A stretch of DNA of 64,000 nucleotides from Candidatus Latescibacterota bacterium (GTDB lineage Bacteria; Latescibacterota; UBA2968; UBA8231), in contig OZ220089.1 of assembly GCA_964291625.2 (NCBI GenBank), forward strand, positions 672,001-736,000. The letters are read 5' to 3'. A model generated the notes under the pieces. The model did not search any database. It saw only the letters and a program-made list of their open reading frames with translations, and had not been told where the DNA came from. Both the position numbers and the translations under genes were made by a program. How positions within the stretch are numbered: position 1 is the first letter of the stretch; every line of letters starts with the position of its first letter. Below are positions 46,401 to 55,215 of this stretch, piece after piece.

Positions 46401-47856
46401 GGCCAGCTACTTCCAGCTCACCGGCTCCGGCAACTCCCGGACTCTCGAGTTCAAGAGCCAGCCCGACTACGAGACCCGCCACACCTACAAGGTCCGGGTC
46501 GTGGTCAGCGACAAATCCACCGGCGGCCTCAAGGACTCGGTCTCCACCACGGTCACGCTGAACGACATCGACGACCCGGGAAAGGTGGTCATCACCCACA
46601 CCGCTCCGCGCGTCGGCCAGCGGATCACGGCCAAGCTGTATGACGAGGACGGCGACGTTGCCAACGACCTCTGGTACTGGGTCCCCCTTGCTTCCGGAGC
46701 GTCCGGCACCCAGAGCCTCCGTCCCGACGCCACGAGCCATGCCTACAAGATCAAGGCCTCCGATGTCGGCAAGGTCCTGGAGGCGACCGTGGAGTATGAC
46801 GACGGCGATGGTCACGGCAAGTCCGCTTCCACGAGATCCAACACCGTCTCGGCTTCGGAGCCCGGGGCCCCGAAGAGCTTCACCGCCTCCCGCGGGGACG
46901 GGGAGGTCTATCTCTCCTGGGGCAAGGCCGACGACAACGGCTCCGACATCACCCACTACGAGACCCGCCACAAGGTGCAGACCGCCTCTTCCTGGTCGGG
47001 CTGGTCCCAGGCCGCCCAAGGCGCCGAGGCCCGCGCCGACACCTTCTCCTCCCTCACCAATGGCACGGCCTACGCCTTCGAGGTACGGGCCGAGAACGGC
47101 CAGGGCGAGGGGCCCGCCGCCTCGGACTCGGCGACCCCGGCGGGACTCCCGGGAGCGCCGAAGAGCCTGGCCACGGCCCGGCCCGGGCCCGGCCAGGCGT
47201 CGATCAGCTGGGAGGCGGCCGACGCCAACGGCTCGGACATCACCCGCTACCAGTATCGACGCCGCGTCGGCACCACGGGAAACTGGCGGGGCTGGTTCAC
47301 GGTGACCGGCGGCGGCGACGCCCGCAGCCGCACGGTCTCCGGCCTCAGCGATGCGACCGCCTACACCTGGGAGGTGCGCGCCGAGAACGTGCCCGGCTTC
47401 GGCCCGGCCGCCTCGATCTATCAGCCCCCGGCCGGGCCCGGCGGCAACGTCGGCCAGGTCCCGGACAGCGAAGGCGACAACCTCGGCGACAACGAGGGCG
47501 AGCCCGACACCCCCATGGAGGACGAGTCCGACGACACCGTCACGGCCAAGCCCGTCGCCGGCGGGCTCGCGGGACCGGCGGCGCTGCACGTGACCACGGC
47601 CCCCAACCCGTTCAACTCCAGCACCACCCTGTTCCTTCACCTGCCGACGGCCGGGCCGGTGACCCTGACCGTCTACAACATGGCCGGCCAAGTCGCGGCC
47701 GAGCTGGCCCGCGGCGAGGTCCTGGAGGCCGGTCGGCACGCCCGGGATTGGCACGGCACCGACGAGCACGGCCGGCCGGCGGCCTCCGGCCTCTATCTCT
47801 ACCGGCTGATCGCCGGCGGCCAGGCCCGCGTCGGCAAGATCGCCCTGGTCCGGTAG
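40465..47856 (+). CDS. Giant secreted M6-like metallopeptidase with FN3/cadherin repeats and FlgD-Ig tail (2463 aa)
   Basis: HAHEVGHLVGL, multiple FN3 (L.NG..Y.F.VRA.N), cadherin (PDFE...V.NVNE), and PNPFN...WHG.D..G..ASGLYLYRL. Confidence 0.85.
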   Translation: MRTIRRLFPGALLLVVVGADALVAQAGRVRSAWTSPCTLSVVLVTFKDTTGQASGDTYDYGARDLPHGYSANSTTGALEPGTSSYTMDDFERMFSGGYRYSVNGEPATLIPAFTEIQIVADNNDGVRETLPEVFGSLRHYFQVISGGDFELRVRILNLERNGYPVWVQLPQTKGYYADRFDQMREGDLYWNDAHAAMRDSVQAWGLDATEYTPPDTLAGLARRLRHKVLYLYSGAQFNDPGHPSVTSQLHPQADRVTARSPTQARDVGFRYVAGERTGSGVHTDAADRFGAIGIHAHEVGHLVGLRHPDGPWQGTEVYTTRTATCANGLTFGRGGRMAGWGTMQTGSDGPVVEGTQPNSSSSYKYAYPSCPNPYNPIYLRHLDWHNWETIAATQKNKVIQPGRYYFMQGDDGSEIAVEFRTAEGFGRYTGWYRFDQAPGLMIWKRTGLQRPRLVPADNRSVFDATKNCPPQPNTNHPPCNPATEFTGTIVEGRTPRSFSRTAVYPWIDRISDPFGALEGNGMRSTFLPLPTHTNGTGLPATPRLARADLRPTVTAATDDSHLRRNTFGCQIRTLDAPSRLAFRNIRVTRDAANLATGSALVDIYFDHWVGSIPGMETWAGPDTVYVGGDVTIESGASLTIANGTPVRFLAPVGADANGRPELIVASGGRLTLGTGVTFGTVDRAGARTEMYGLRVETGGTATLNGETVSEGTYSWSGQTGSAALRLATFGSSSYTLIEGGQAVEAGPIGLAEDPSQAYRRARVTVQLTPAPSAAVRIPVAVASGSSGYEVDDLDAAGLLFPASRTSASFVIRAVRDADTADESIGLSFGTLPAGVVAGVPSTSTVTIYDTPNQPTGLTATPGHGQMTLRWADPSHSGIAGWQYWAQPVGTTRDIWTPIEPSGASTTEATVPNLTDGKQYNFRVRAYTRGYGVASEMVKATPTGLQATAYNGAVGLAWVDPGTEGLAGWRTRHQPLPSGEFSEYTVHADGVGTHVVRSLTNDQEYRFEVQGLNAAGEVLDPCPWRMTHPCTWQAVATPQASLPWPPNVAGEVSLSSASPQVNAAVTATLSDLDGGVRDTTWQWQRRRAATEQWTAVDEATSSSHAPSTGDLGYMLRATVAYTDRHGPGQRAESEATAAVAVGPPGVPQRFTAVAGDGQVLVTWQAPASTGGLPLLGYHYKESGGGRTTDWFEFGKTWTRYLTHKRNGVAYTLEVRAYNREGAGASVDTTVTPAGAPLAPGDFTAAAGDGQVALSWTAADSNGAPITAYEVRHAPKSHPGAEVDWTEVDWTEVPGDSTARDTTITGLSNGTTYVFQAAARNRVGLGTPAEQEAAPQGMVVTAPDTVWFAEHRTDSVAPLSTDPEDDAVTWSRAGADAARFEVRGDTLYFETAPDFEEPGDADEDNFYEVTLTATDDGEPAASASHEMTVAVTNVNEPGTITLSPSTPRTCEHVEATLTDEDAGIVTESSASPPGFPYGWRWVPQTSAASGSAGTSTTRSYLPASTLVGKTLRVTVQYGDGASARNTATRTSGAVAANTPRTPTGLKSTPGDGQVSLTWKAPDDCGSTITGYRYWYRKTSQTAWADSGTAAATSLTVPGLDNDAAYRFEIRAANGQGRSRPASIDETPVSTPVAAPCALSLSGEKTSPVTYAENGTGSVDTYTVTRSSACDATLPLTWSRAGTDASDFRALSGTGSSQALHFNSSPNFEVKSSYRLTVQVTDGSASASLPVTVKVTDVNEAPSITGPGQPTIDENSRPVDTYTASDPDAGDVITWLSLSGVEASLFQLSDLSPAQTLKRELSFRSAPDFERRGSTYEVKVRVRDKAGLPASLRVTVSVRNIDEPGSVTFDKSTIRVGDSVTATLTDPDGGMTNDRWTWTAVAPGASGQDEHDPISESRTAKAPEIGYRLKAVVTYDDRQGTGKSAQALTSVIQIPVNRAPVLTGASTVTRDENGPSPWTVTTYTASDPDNPTTLYFTHRGDQASYFQLTGSGNSRTLEFKSQPDYETRHTYKVRVVVSDKSTGGLKDSVSTTVTLNDIDDPGKVVITHTAPRVGQRITAKLYDEDGDVANDLWYWVPLASGASGTQSLRPDATSHAYKIKASDVGKVLEATVEYDDGDGHGKSASTRSNTVSASEPGAPKSFTASRGDGEVYLSWGKADDNGSDITHYETRHKVQTASSWSGWSQAAQGAEARADTFSSLTNGTAYAFEVRAENGQGEGPAASDSATPAGLPGAPKSLATARPGPGQASISWEAADANGSDITRYQYRRRVGTTGNWRGWFTVTGGGDARSRTVSGLSDATAYTWEVRAENVPGFGPAASIYQPPAGPGGNVGQVPDSEGDNLGDNEGEPDTPMEDESDDTVTAKPVAGGLAGPAALHVTTAPNPFNSSTTLFLHLPTAGPVTLTVYNMAGQVAAELARGEVLEAGRHARDWHGTDEHGRPAASGLYLYRLIAGGQARVGKIALVR

Positions 47857-47930
47857 GGGAGTGGCGGCGTGTGCTGTTCCCGATCCTCGCCGACCCTGAG
47901 CGGCGCGGCCGACTCACTGGGAGTTGAGAG

Positions 47931-50900
47931 ATGATGAAAGGGATCCTGCTCGCTCTCACCCTCTCGCCAGTCGCTGTCTGCCATGGCTCTGCCACGTCCT
48001 CGGACAGCCTGCACGCCTGCCTGATTCTCGATCCCGAGCGGGACCCGCCCCTCGCCTACACCGCCGGCAAGCGCCTGGCGGACCTGAACGTCGGCGAGCC
48101 TCGCACCGTGCGGCTGTTCTACTTCCTGCCCAATGACCGTCCCTTCCGCCCGGAGGTCGTGCAGAGGATGAAGGAGGAGATTCTCCACATCCAGGCATGG
48201 TACGGCGAGCAGATGGAGGCTCACGGGTACGGGTACAAGACGTTCCGCGTGGAAACCGACGACGACGGCGATCCAGTCGTTCACCGCGTGGATGGGCAGC
48301 ATCCGGACAGTCACTATCTCGACAGCTGGGTGATCATTCGAGATGAGACCCAGAGCGCCTTCGATCTGTCGCGGAGCATCGTCGCAGTCGTGGTCGACAA
48401 CAGCAACAACCTGCTCAGCCGAAGGGCTGTTGGAACGGCGAGTCTGGGTGGCAAGGAGAGAGGGGTCGCTCTGGTAACGGCTGAGTTCCTCTGGCAGACT
48501 CTGGCGCACGAGCTTGCACACATCTTCGCCCAGGCGTCGCACCACGATTTCCGCAGTGAGAGGTACATCCTGTCCTACGGGGGCTCGAGAAGGGATGTGC
48601 TGTCCGCGTGCAGCGCGGAGGTCATCGCCGTTCATCCCTACTTCAATCCCGATGTCCGCCTTGAGTGGGGCGGCGAGGAGTCGGCCATCCATCTCCTTTC
48701 GGCGAAGGCCTATCCGGAAGGCTCGGAGAGCGTACCCATCCGGCTCAGGGTGAGCGACGTGGACGGGATTCAGCAGGTGAGACTGGTGGTTCGCACCGGT
48801 GCCACGAACCTGGGCGGCGTCCCCTCAGGAGGCCTGGAGCTGAAGACCTGCCGGGGATTGATGGGCGCCGAAGAAGCGGTGGTCGAGATTGACTACGATG
48901 GCGTCATCCCCTCGGGTGCTGCCTTCCACGACCTCTCCGACCCGCAGGTGCATCCAATCTCCATCCAGGTGGTCGACAGGGAGGGAAACAGGGGGGCTCC
49001 TCTCCACTCTGATCTGTGGGAGGTGTCTCGTCAGCACCTGGCCACCTTCGAGGAGGAGGAGGTTCGTGGAGTGGTCTTTGTGTCCGGTGGAACCACACTC
49101 GCCTTCGCGTCGAGAGGGGGAGTGAAGCTATGGAACCTGGAGACACGGACCGGTACGCGAACCCGGCTGGAGGGCCGGGTCTCGCTGGCCCTCTCTGCAG
49201 ACGGCGCGATCTTGGCCTCGGGATCCACCCATGGGCAGATCCAACTCCTGGACCTGGCCAACGACCGCGTGATCGCCACCTTCTCCTCCGGTCATACTCA
49301 CCCGATCCGCTCCCTGGCCTTCTCGTCCGACGGCACGGTCCTCGCCTCCGGGGCGCCGGACGGAATCCGGCTGTGGGCCGTGGGGACGCAGACCCGTACC
49401 GCGACCCTGCCTGTGGGCGTCACGTCCATGGCCCTTTCCCCGAACGGCGCGACTCTCGCCTCCGCCTCAGAGGACGGAGTTCGCCTCTGGGACGTGGCGA
49501 CGCAGACCGAGATCGCTTCCTATTCCCATAGTCGTGATCGCTGGGGGCCCGAGGTCAACACCGTGGCGTTCTCGCCGGACGGAGCCCTGGTCGCCTCCGG
49601 TGGGTTGGATGCCACCGTGCGGCTGTGGGAGGTGGCGACGGGCGAGAACATCGCCGTCTTCGAACACGAGTGGGCCGTCCGTACCGTGGTCTTCTCCCCC
49701 GACGGGAACCTGCTCGCCTCCGGGACGCGCCATGTCGTGAACTTGTGGGACCCGCGGACGAAGGAGAAGCTTGCCCATCTGCGGGGTGAGGGCCGTGGGG
49801 GCACCACGGTGGCCTTTTCGTCCGATGGCACGACACTCGCCGCGGGGGCGGAGGACGGCAAGATCGGACTCTGGGATGTGTCGGAGTGGCTGGAGCCCCG
49901 TCCTCGAAGCCTGGTGATGATCTCGGGCGACGATCAGCAGGCGACGGACAGCGAGCCATTGGCTCCTCTGGTTGTTGAAGTAAGGGATCAGTACGGCCAT
50001 CCCCTGCCCGATGTGGAGATCACATTCGCCGTCACCCGCGGGCAGGGCAAGGTCGGGGACCGGTTCACGGAGAAGAGGGTCCTGAGCGACGCCCGGGGGA
50101 GGGCGGAGGCGATTCTCACTCCCGGTCCGGGCCCCAACACGGTGGAGGTATCGGTGGAGGGGCTGGAGGTCTTGACGTTCCGTTCGGCGGGAACGGACAT
50201 GCCTCCTGTGGTGGGAGATTCCCTCCGGCCTCTCCCCTATGGGGCCTTCAACCGGCTGGGCAAGGGGAGGCTTACCTGGTGGGGGGACCCGCTCATCGCC
50301 TTTTCTCCGAGTGGCGCACTCCTGGCCGTGGGAACGGAAACCGCCGGCATCTGGCTCTACGATGTGGCGGCCCTCCAGGAAGCGGCCTGGCTGCCTGCCC
50401 CCTCCGTTCTCGGCCTCGCCTTTTCCCCTGATGGCCAGACGGTGGCCTCCTGCGCGGATTGGGAGGATCCATGGATCCGGCTCTGGGACGTGGCCACAGG
50501 GGATCAGAAGGCCGCCATTGAGCATCAGCTCAACCCACGGTCCTTGGCCTTCTCGCCGGATGGGAGGACTCTGGCTTCCGGCTCGAACTGGGGGCTTGAG
50601 CTATGGGAGGTGGAGACCGGCGCCCAGATCGCGGCTGTGTCCGAGGCCGAAGGCATATGGGAAATCGGGTCCGTGGCGTTCTCGCCCGATGGGAGCACCC
50701 TGGCGGCCGGGTCACGGAACGATGATTCGGTGACGCTGTGGGACGTGGCCGCCTTCACCCGGACGGCGACCTTCGACGGCCATGCCGGCGACGTCACCGC
50801 CGTCGCGTTCTCGCCCGACGGACGCACCGTCGCCTCCGCGTCGGACGATCACACGGTCAAGCTCTGGGACGTAGCCACGGCCTCCGAGATCGCCACCTTT

Positions 50901-53405
50901 GACGGGCACGGAAACCGGGTGAACGCGCTCGCTTTCTCGCCCGATGGACGAACCGTTGCTTCCGGGTCGTCGGATGGGTGGGATGGCAGGGTCCACCTCT
51001 GGGACGTGGCGACGGGACAGGACGTGACCCTGGACGGACATGAGGGTTCGGTCCATGCGGTGGCGTTCTCCAGGGATGGGACGGTCGCTTCGGCGTCCGG
51101 GGACGCGACGGTCAGGCTCTGGGACGTGGCCACGAGAAGCTCCACAACCCTTTCAAGGCAGCACTTCGGTACCCCCCATTGGGTGGCCCTTTCCCCCGGT
51201 GGAACCACCCTCGCCACCGCCCTTCCCAGCTCGAACGCAGTCCATCTCTGGGACGCGGCGACGGGGGCCCTCGACGCCGTTCTCGAGGGCCATACGGCAA
51301 GGCTCAATGTCGTGGCTTTCTCGCCGGACGGGACCACTCTCGCCTCCGGGGCGTCCGATCGGACGGTCAGGCTGTGGGATGTGAGCACGAGCACCCATAT
51401 CGCCACCTTTGAGACCCCGCGTTACGTCACGGCGGTGACTTTCTCAGCGGACGGTCGCCTGGTCGCTTCCAGGCATGGCGGCGGCACGGCCACGGTCTGG
51501 GATGTGGCCACGGGGGAGGAGGTCGCCGCCTTCCAGGGCCAGGTCGGGGTCCCGGGCTTTTCGCCCGACGGATCCACCCTGGTCGCCGCGCTGGAAGATG
51601 GCCGAATCGAATTGTGGGATCTGGCAAGCGGCGACGGGATTCTGGGTGGGGAGAGCCTGGGCGAGCGGATTCAGGCCGTCTCCTTTTCCCCCGATGGGAC
51701 GGCCCTCGCTCTCGGCTGGGGATCGGGCACGGCCTCGATATGGGAGGTGCCGGCGGGAGCCGATGCGGCCACCCTGGCCTTGGACTACCCGTCGCCCCGG
51801 ATTGATGCCGCCGCCTTCTCGCCCGATGGGTCGCTCCTCCTCTCCGGGGTCCAATCGGACGGTTCCGTCGTGGTCGAGGTGCGGGACGTTGCCACGGGCA
51901 CCTTGCTCGCCGCCCCCAAAGGCCACTCTGGGGAAGTGGAGAGACTGGCCTTCTCTCGAGACGGATCGACCTTCGCTTCCAGTTCGCACGACGCCACGAT
52001 TCTGGTCTGGGATCTTGGGCTCACTCTGCCCCATCCGCAGACTCTGGCGGGACTGTCCGGCGACGGGCAGGAGGGATTCCCCGACGCCCCCCTGGACGAG
52101 GCCCTTGTCGTGGTGGTGATGGACCAGTACGACGATCCCCTCGCTGGCGCTGAGGTCACCTTCGCGGTCACCGGCGGCGGCGGGACAGTCTCGCGGGAGA
52201 CGGCCACCACCGATGCCCAAGGCCAGGCGTCCACGACCCTGACCCTGGGCCAAGCTCCCGGACCGAACACCGTGGCGGTCACCGCGGGCGATCTGGAGCC
52301 GGTGATCTTCACCGCCCTCACCCAGTCGGTCCCCACCACGCTGAGCAAGGTCGGCGGCGACGCCCAGCAGGGCGCGAGCGGCTCCCCCTTGGCCGAGCCT
52401 CTCGTCGTCTCTCTGCTCGACCAGGCCGGTGAACCCCTGGCCGGCGCGACCGCCACCTTCGCGGTCACCGGCGGTCAGGGCACCCTCTCCGTGACCCGGA
52501 CCACGACCGATGCCCAGGGCCGGGCCGCCAGCACCCTGACCCCGGGGCGGACTCCGGGGATCAACACCGTGGAGGTGACGGTGGCCGGGCTCGCCCCGGT
52601 AACCTTCACGGCCCTCGGCCGGGCGATTCCCCAGACCTTGACCAAGCTCTCCGGCGACGAGCAGCAGGGCGAGCCGGGAACGCCACTGGGCGAAGCCCTG
52701 GCGGTGTCGGTGCAGGACCAGAACGGGGCGGCCCTCCCCGGCGCCGTGGTCAGCTTTGCCGTCCTCGGCGACGGCGGCACTCTGTCGGCCCTCACCGACA
52801 CCACCGACGCCGAGGGCCGGGCGGCCACCACCCTCACCTTGGGCGAGGAGTTCGGGACCTATACCGTCGTCGTCACCGTGACGGGTCTCGAGCCGGTGAC
52901 ATTCACCGTTACCGCCAAGTCGAGCCCCGACTTCGATGATGACGGGGAGGTCGGCTTCTCGGACTTCTTCCTCTTCGCCGAGCACTTCGGCGGCAGCGAC
53001 CCCCGCTTCGATCTGGACGGCAGCGGGTCGGTGGACTTCAACGACTTCTTCCTCTTCGCCGAGCACTTCGGGCAGCCGGCGCGAGCCAGGCTGGTGGCCC
53101 TGGCCCGGGAGCTGATCGGCCTGCCCGACGGTCCGCAGCTGCGGCAGAATGCGCCCAACCCCTTCAACAGCGGAACGGTGATCTCCTGGTTCCAGCTGGA
53201 GCCGGGGATGGCGCACCTGGAGGTGTTCGCTCTGACCGGGCAGCGGGTGGCAGTGCTGCACCGGGGTCCGAAGAGGGCGGGCTTGCACCGCCTGCGCTGG
53301 GACGGGCGGGATGAGCGGGGCCGCCTCCTGGCCAGCGGGGTCTATGTCTACCGGCTGGTGACGGCCGAGGCCGTGCAGACGCGCAAGCTCACCCTGCTGC
53401 GGTGA
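47931..53405 (+). CDS. Secreted zincin + WD40 repeats + Big_1 Ig + dockerin/EF-hand + FlgD-Ig protein (1824 aa)
   Basis: LAHELAH, many AFSPDG..LAS...D.TV.LWDV repeats, SGD.Q.G Ig units, PDFDDDGEVGFSDF, and a PNPFN tail. Confidence 0.88.
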   Translation: MMKGILLALTLSPVAVCHGSATSSDSLHACLILDPERDPPLAYTAGKRLADLNVGEPRTVRLFYFLPNDRPFRPEVVQRMKEEILHIQAWYGEQMEAHGYGYKTFRVETDDDGDPVVHRVDGQHPDSHYLDSWVIIRDETQSAFDLSRSIVAVVVDNSNNLLSRRAVGTASLGGKERGVALVTAEFLWQTLAHELAHIFAQASHHDFRSERYILSYGGSRRDVLSACSAEVIAVHPYFNPDVRLEWGGEESAIHLLSAKAYPEGSESVPIRLRVSDVDGIQQVRLVVRTGATNLGGVPSGGLELKTCRGLMGAEEAVVEIDYDGVIPSGAAFHDLSDPQVHPISIQVVDREGNRGAPLHSDLWEVSRQHLATFEEEEVRGVVFVSGGTTLAFASRGGVKLWNLETRTGTRTRLEGRVSLALSADGAILASGSTHGQIQLLDLANDRVIATFSSGHTHPIRSLAFSSDGTVLASGAPDGIRLWAVGTQTRTATLPVGVTSMALSPNGATLASASEDGVRLWDVATQTEIASYSHSRDRWGPEVNTVAFSPDGALVASGGLDATVRLWEVATGENIAVFEHEWAVRTVVFSPDGNLLASGTRHVVNLWDPRTKEKLAHLRGEGRGGTTVAFSSDGTTLAAGAEDGKIGLWDVSEWLEPRPRSLVMISGDDQQATDSEPLAPLVVEVRDQYGHPLPDVEITFAVTRGQGKVGDRFTEKRVLSDARGRAEAILTPGPGPNTVEVSVEGLEVLTFRSAGTDMPPVVGDSLRPLPYGAFNRLGKGRLTWWGDPLIAFSPSGALLAVGTETAGIWLYDVAALQEAAWLPAPSVLGLAFSPDGQTVASCADWEDPWIRLWDVATGDQKAAIEHQLNPRSLAFSPDGRTLASGSNWGLELWEVETGAQIAAVSEAEGIWEIGSVAFSPDGSTLAAGSRNDDSVTLWDVAAFTRTATFDGHAGDVTAVAFSPDGRTVASASDDHTVKLWDVATASEIATFDGHGNRVNALAFSPDGRTVASGSSDGWDGRVHLWDVATGQDVTLDGHEGSVHAVAFSRDGTVASASGDATVRLWDVATRSSTTLSRQHFGTPHWVALSPGGTTLATALPSSNAVHLWDAATGALDAVLEGHTARLNVVAFSPDGTTLASGASDRTVRLWDVSTSTHIATFETPRYVTAVTFSADGRLVASRHGGGTATVWDVATGEEVAAFQGQVGVPGFSPDGSTLVAALEDGRIELWDLASGDGILGGESLGERIQAVSFSPDGTALALGWGSGTASIWEVPAGADAATLALDYPSPRIDAAAFSPDGSLLLSGVQSDGSVVVEVRDVATGTLLAAPKGHSGEVERLAFSRDGSTFASSSHDATILVWDLGLTLPHPQTLAGLSGDGQEGFPDAPLDEALVVVVMDQYDDPLAGAEVTFAVTGGGGTVSRETATTDAQGQASTTLTLGQAPGPNTVAVTAGDLEPVIFTALTQSVPTTLSKVGGDAQQGASGSPLAEPLVVSLLDQAGEPLAGATATFAVTGGQGTLSVTRTTTDAQGRAASTLTPGRTPGINTVEVTVAGLAPVTFTALGRAIPQTLTKLSGDEQQGEPGTPLGEALAVSVQDQNGAALPGAVVSFAVLGDGGTLSALTDTTDAEGRAATTLTLGEEFGTYTVVVTVTGLEPVTFTVTAKSSPDFDDDGEVGFSDFFLFAEHFGGSDPRFDLDGSGSVDFNDFFLFAEHFGQPARARLVALARELIGLPDGPQLRQNAPNPFNSGTVISWFQLEPGMAHLEVFALTGQRVAVLHRGPKRAGLHRLRWDGRDERGRLLASGVYVYRLVTAEAVQTRKLTLLR

Positions 53406-53420
53406 CGCGTCTTGCCGCGG

Positions 53421-54173
53421 CTACTGCGGAGCCGGAGCGTCGCCCGGAGCGGCCAGGGCCCCCATGGCCGTCCAGACCAGCCAGGGCACCAGCACCGTCA
53501 CCAGGGCCCGGCCTCTCGGCGCCCCGGTGACCACCGCCAGGCCGATGCCGACCAGGACGACCTGCCACAGATCGAAGAGGTTCAGCCCCATGAGGAACCG
53601 GCCCGCGAAGCTCTCCTCCGCCCCGGCGCCCAGCAGGACGCCGGCGTGGAAGACCCCCGGCCCGGAGAAGGGCGCCGGAGGCTCGCAGGCGCCGATGCGG
53701 GCCAGCAGCGTCAGCAGGATCCACTGCGGAATCGTCACCAGGCCGGCGTAGCTCTTGATGGCCAGCATCTGCCTCAGGCCGGCCTCCGAGCGCAGCACCC
53801 AGCGCGCCAGGCCGACCAGCACAAGGGCCACCGCCGCCAGGCCGGAGAACCGGGCCACGAGGGGAAAGCTGACCCAGCCGTGGCTCCGCCAGGCCTCGTT
53901 GCGCAGGGCGACGGCCTCCCTGCCGGCCTCGTCGAGCTGCTCCCAGCCGTCGATCGCCGCCGCCTCCTCGGGGGCCGCCAGGGACAGGGTCGCCAGGTTG
54001 TGGGCCGCCCAGACCGCGGCGCACAGGACCACGGGCAGCACCCAGTCGAACCACTTGCCGCCGTCGGCGACGGCCTCGAAGGCGCGGCGCGGCGAGCGGA
54101 AGACGGCCAGCATGCGCTCGCCGAGGCCGGTCTGCTCCACCGGGCCGAGCCCCTGGGGGTGATCGATCTTCAT
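53421..54173 (-). CDS. YIP1-family membrane protein
   Basis: VFRSPRRAF, several TM helices, and NLFDLWQVVLVGIGL. Confidence 0.7.
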   Translation of the reverse strand: MKIDHPQGLGPVEQTGLGERMLAVFRSPRRAFEAVADGGKWFDWVLPVVLCAAVWAAHNLATLSLAAPEEAAAIDGWEQLDEAGREAVALRNEAWRSHGWVSFPLVARFSGLAAVALVLVGLARWVLRSEAGLRQMLAIKSYAGLVTIPQWILLTLLARIGACEPPAPFSGPGVFHAGVLLGAGAEESFAGRFLMGLNLFDLWQVVLVGIGLAVVTGAPRGRALVTVLVPWLVWTAMGALAAPGDAPAPQ

Positions 54174-54997
54174 CCCCAGTGCTCCGGCCACGACCGGAAG
54201 AGCTGCCGCTGCTCCTCCGACCAGCGGGCGCGGGTGGCCTCGGTGACGAAGGGGGGCTCGTCCATGGTGGCCATGTTCTGCGACTGCATCCAGTAGGGCC
54301 CGTAGCCGACGTGGATCGTCTTGCGCACCCGGTCGGAGCGGTTCGTCCGCCCGCCGTGGCGCAGGGCCTCGGTGAAGAAGATCCCCCACCCCGCCTTCAC
54401 CTCCAGCGCCACCGTCCCCGGCTCGGTGTCGGGATCGTTGCCGTAGGGGGACGGCAGGTTGGACTTGTGGGTGCCGGGGACCACGGTGAAGGCGCCGCCC
54501 TCGGCGTCGTTGTCGTGGACGAAGTAGATCATGCGCACCATCATGCAGTCGATGCGCTCGGAGGCGAAGTTGTAGCGGTACTTCTGGTTCTCGCCGCGGC
54601 TGCCCCCGTGGTGGGGGCTGGCGTTGCCCTTGTAGCGGATGCGGATCTCGGAGTTGTTCACCGTCGGCCGCGGCATCACCACGGCGCGCACGTACTCCAG
54701 GGTGCGCTCGTGCCCGACGAGCACGTCGAAGGCCGGGGCCGCGTTCCAGAAGTCCTCGATGATCAGGGTCTTGCCCTCGGCCCGCTCCCCCTGCACGTGG
54801 TAGCCCAGGTCCTCGTCGGCGTGGTACTCCGCCCCCCAGGGCGACTTCTTGCGCGGCGGCCGGTCCACGCGGGCGGCGGCGTGCTCCTCCAGCCGGTCGA
54901 CGGCCGCCTTCAGCGACGCCACCTCGCCGGCGGTGAGCAGCTCCTCGATGACGACGTAGCCGTTGCGGTCGAACTCATAGCGCTCCTCCTCGGTCAT
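54170..54997 (-). CDS. PhyH family dioxygenase
   Basis: FDRNGY, VVPGTHKS, KAG..IFFTEALRHG and R...HVGY. Confidence 0.82.
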   Translation of the reverse strand: MTEEERYEFDRNGYVVIEELLTAGEVASLKAAVDRLEEHAAARVDRPPRKKSPWGAEYHADEDLGYHVQGERAEGKTLIIEDFWNAAPAFDVLVGHERTLEYVRAVVMPRPTVNNSEIRIRYKGNASPHHGGSRGENQKYRYNFASERIDCMMVRMIYFVHDNDAEGGAFTVVPGTHKSNLPSPYGNDPDTEPGTVALEVKAGWGIFFTEALRHGGRTNRSDRVRKTIHVGYGPYWMQSQNMATMDEPPFVTEATRARWSEEQRQLFRSWPEHWG

Positions 54998-55089
54998 CCC
55001 TCTCTCCTCCTCTGGCGGGAACTGGTGTCAAGGGTAAGGAATGGTCCGCCGACGCGCCGGAGGGAGGTCCCGCCCCGGTCCCCGCGGCG

Positions 55090-55118
55090 TTGACAGTGTC
55101 GGCCCCGGTGGCTAGCTT
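55090..55118 (+). promoter_or_regulatory. Sigma70 promoter of tRNA-Glu
   Basis: TTGACA-17 bp-TAGCTT. Confidence 0.7.
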
Positions 55119-55129
55119 CTCCCGACTGT

Positions 55130-55205
55130 GGCCCCTTCGTCTAGAGGCCTAGGACGCCGGCCTCTCACGCCGGTAACACGGGTTCGAATCCCGTAGGGGC
55201 TACCA
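55130..55205 (+). tRNA. tRNA-Glu (anticodon CTC)
   Basis: Acceptor stem GGCCCCT/AGGGGCT, anticodon arm CCGGC-CTCTCAC-GCCGG, T-loop GGTTCGAATCC, encoded CCA; 76 nt. Confidence 0.96.
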
Positions 55206-55215
55206 CTACTCTCCC

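Noticed and set aside
14608-54296. Numerous long Arg/Pro/Gly-rich antisense or alternate-frame ORFs (e.g. 14608-16578, 18457-20781, 42094-44511, 45376-47769)
   Set aside because: These are shadow ORFs typical of high-GC DNA, overlapping well-supported genes.
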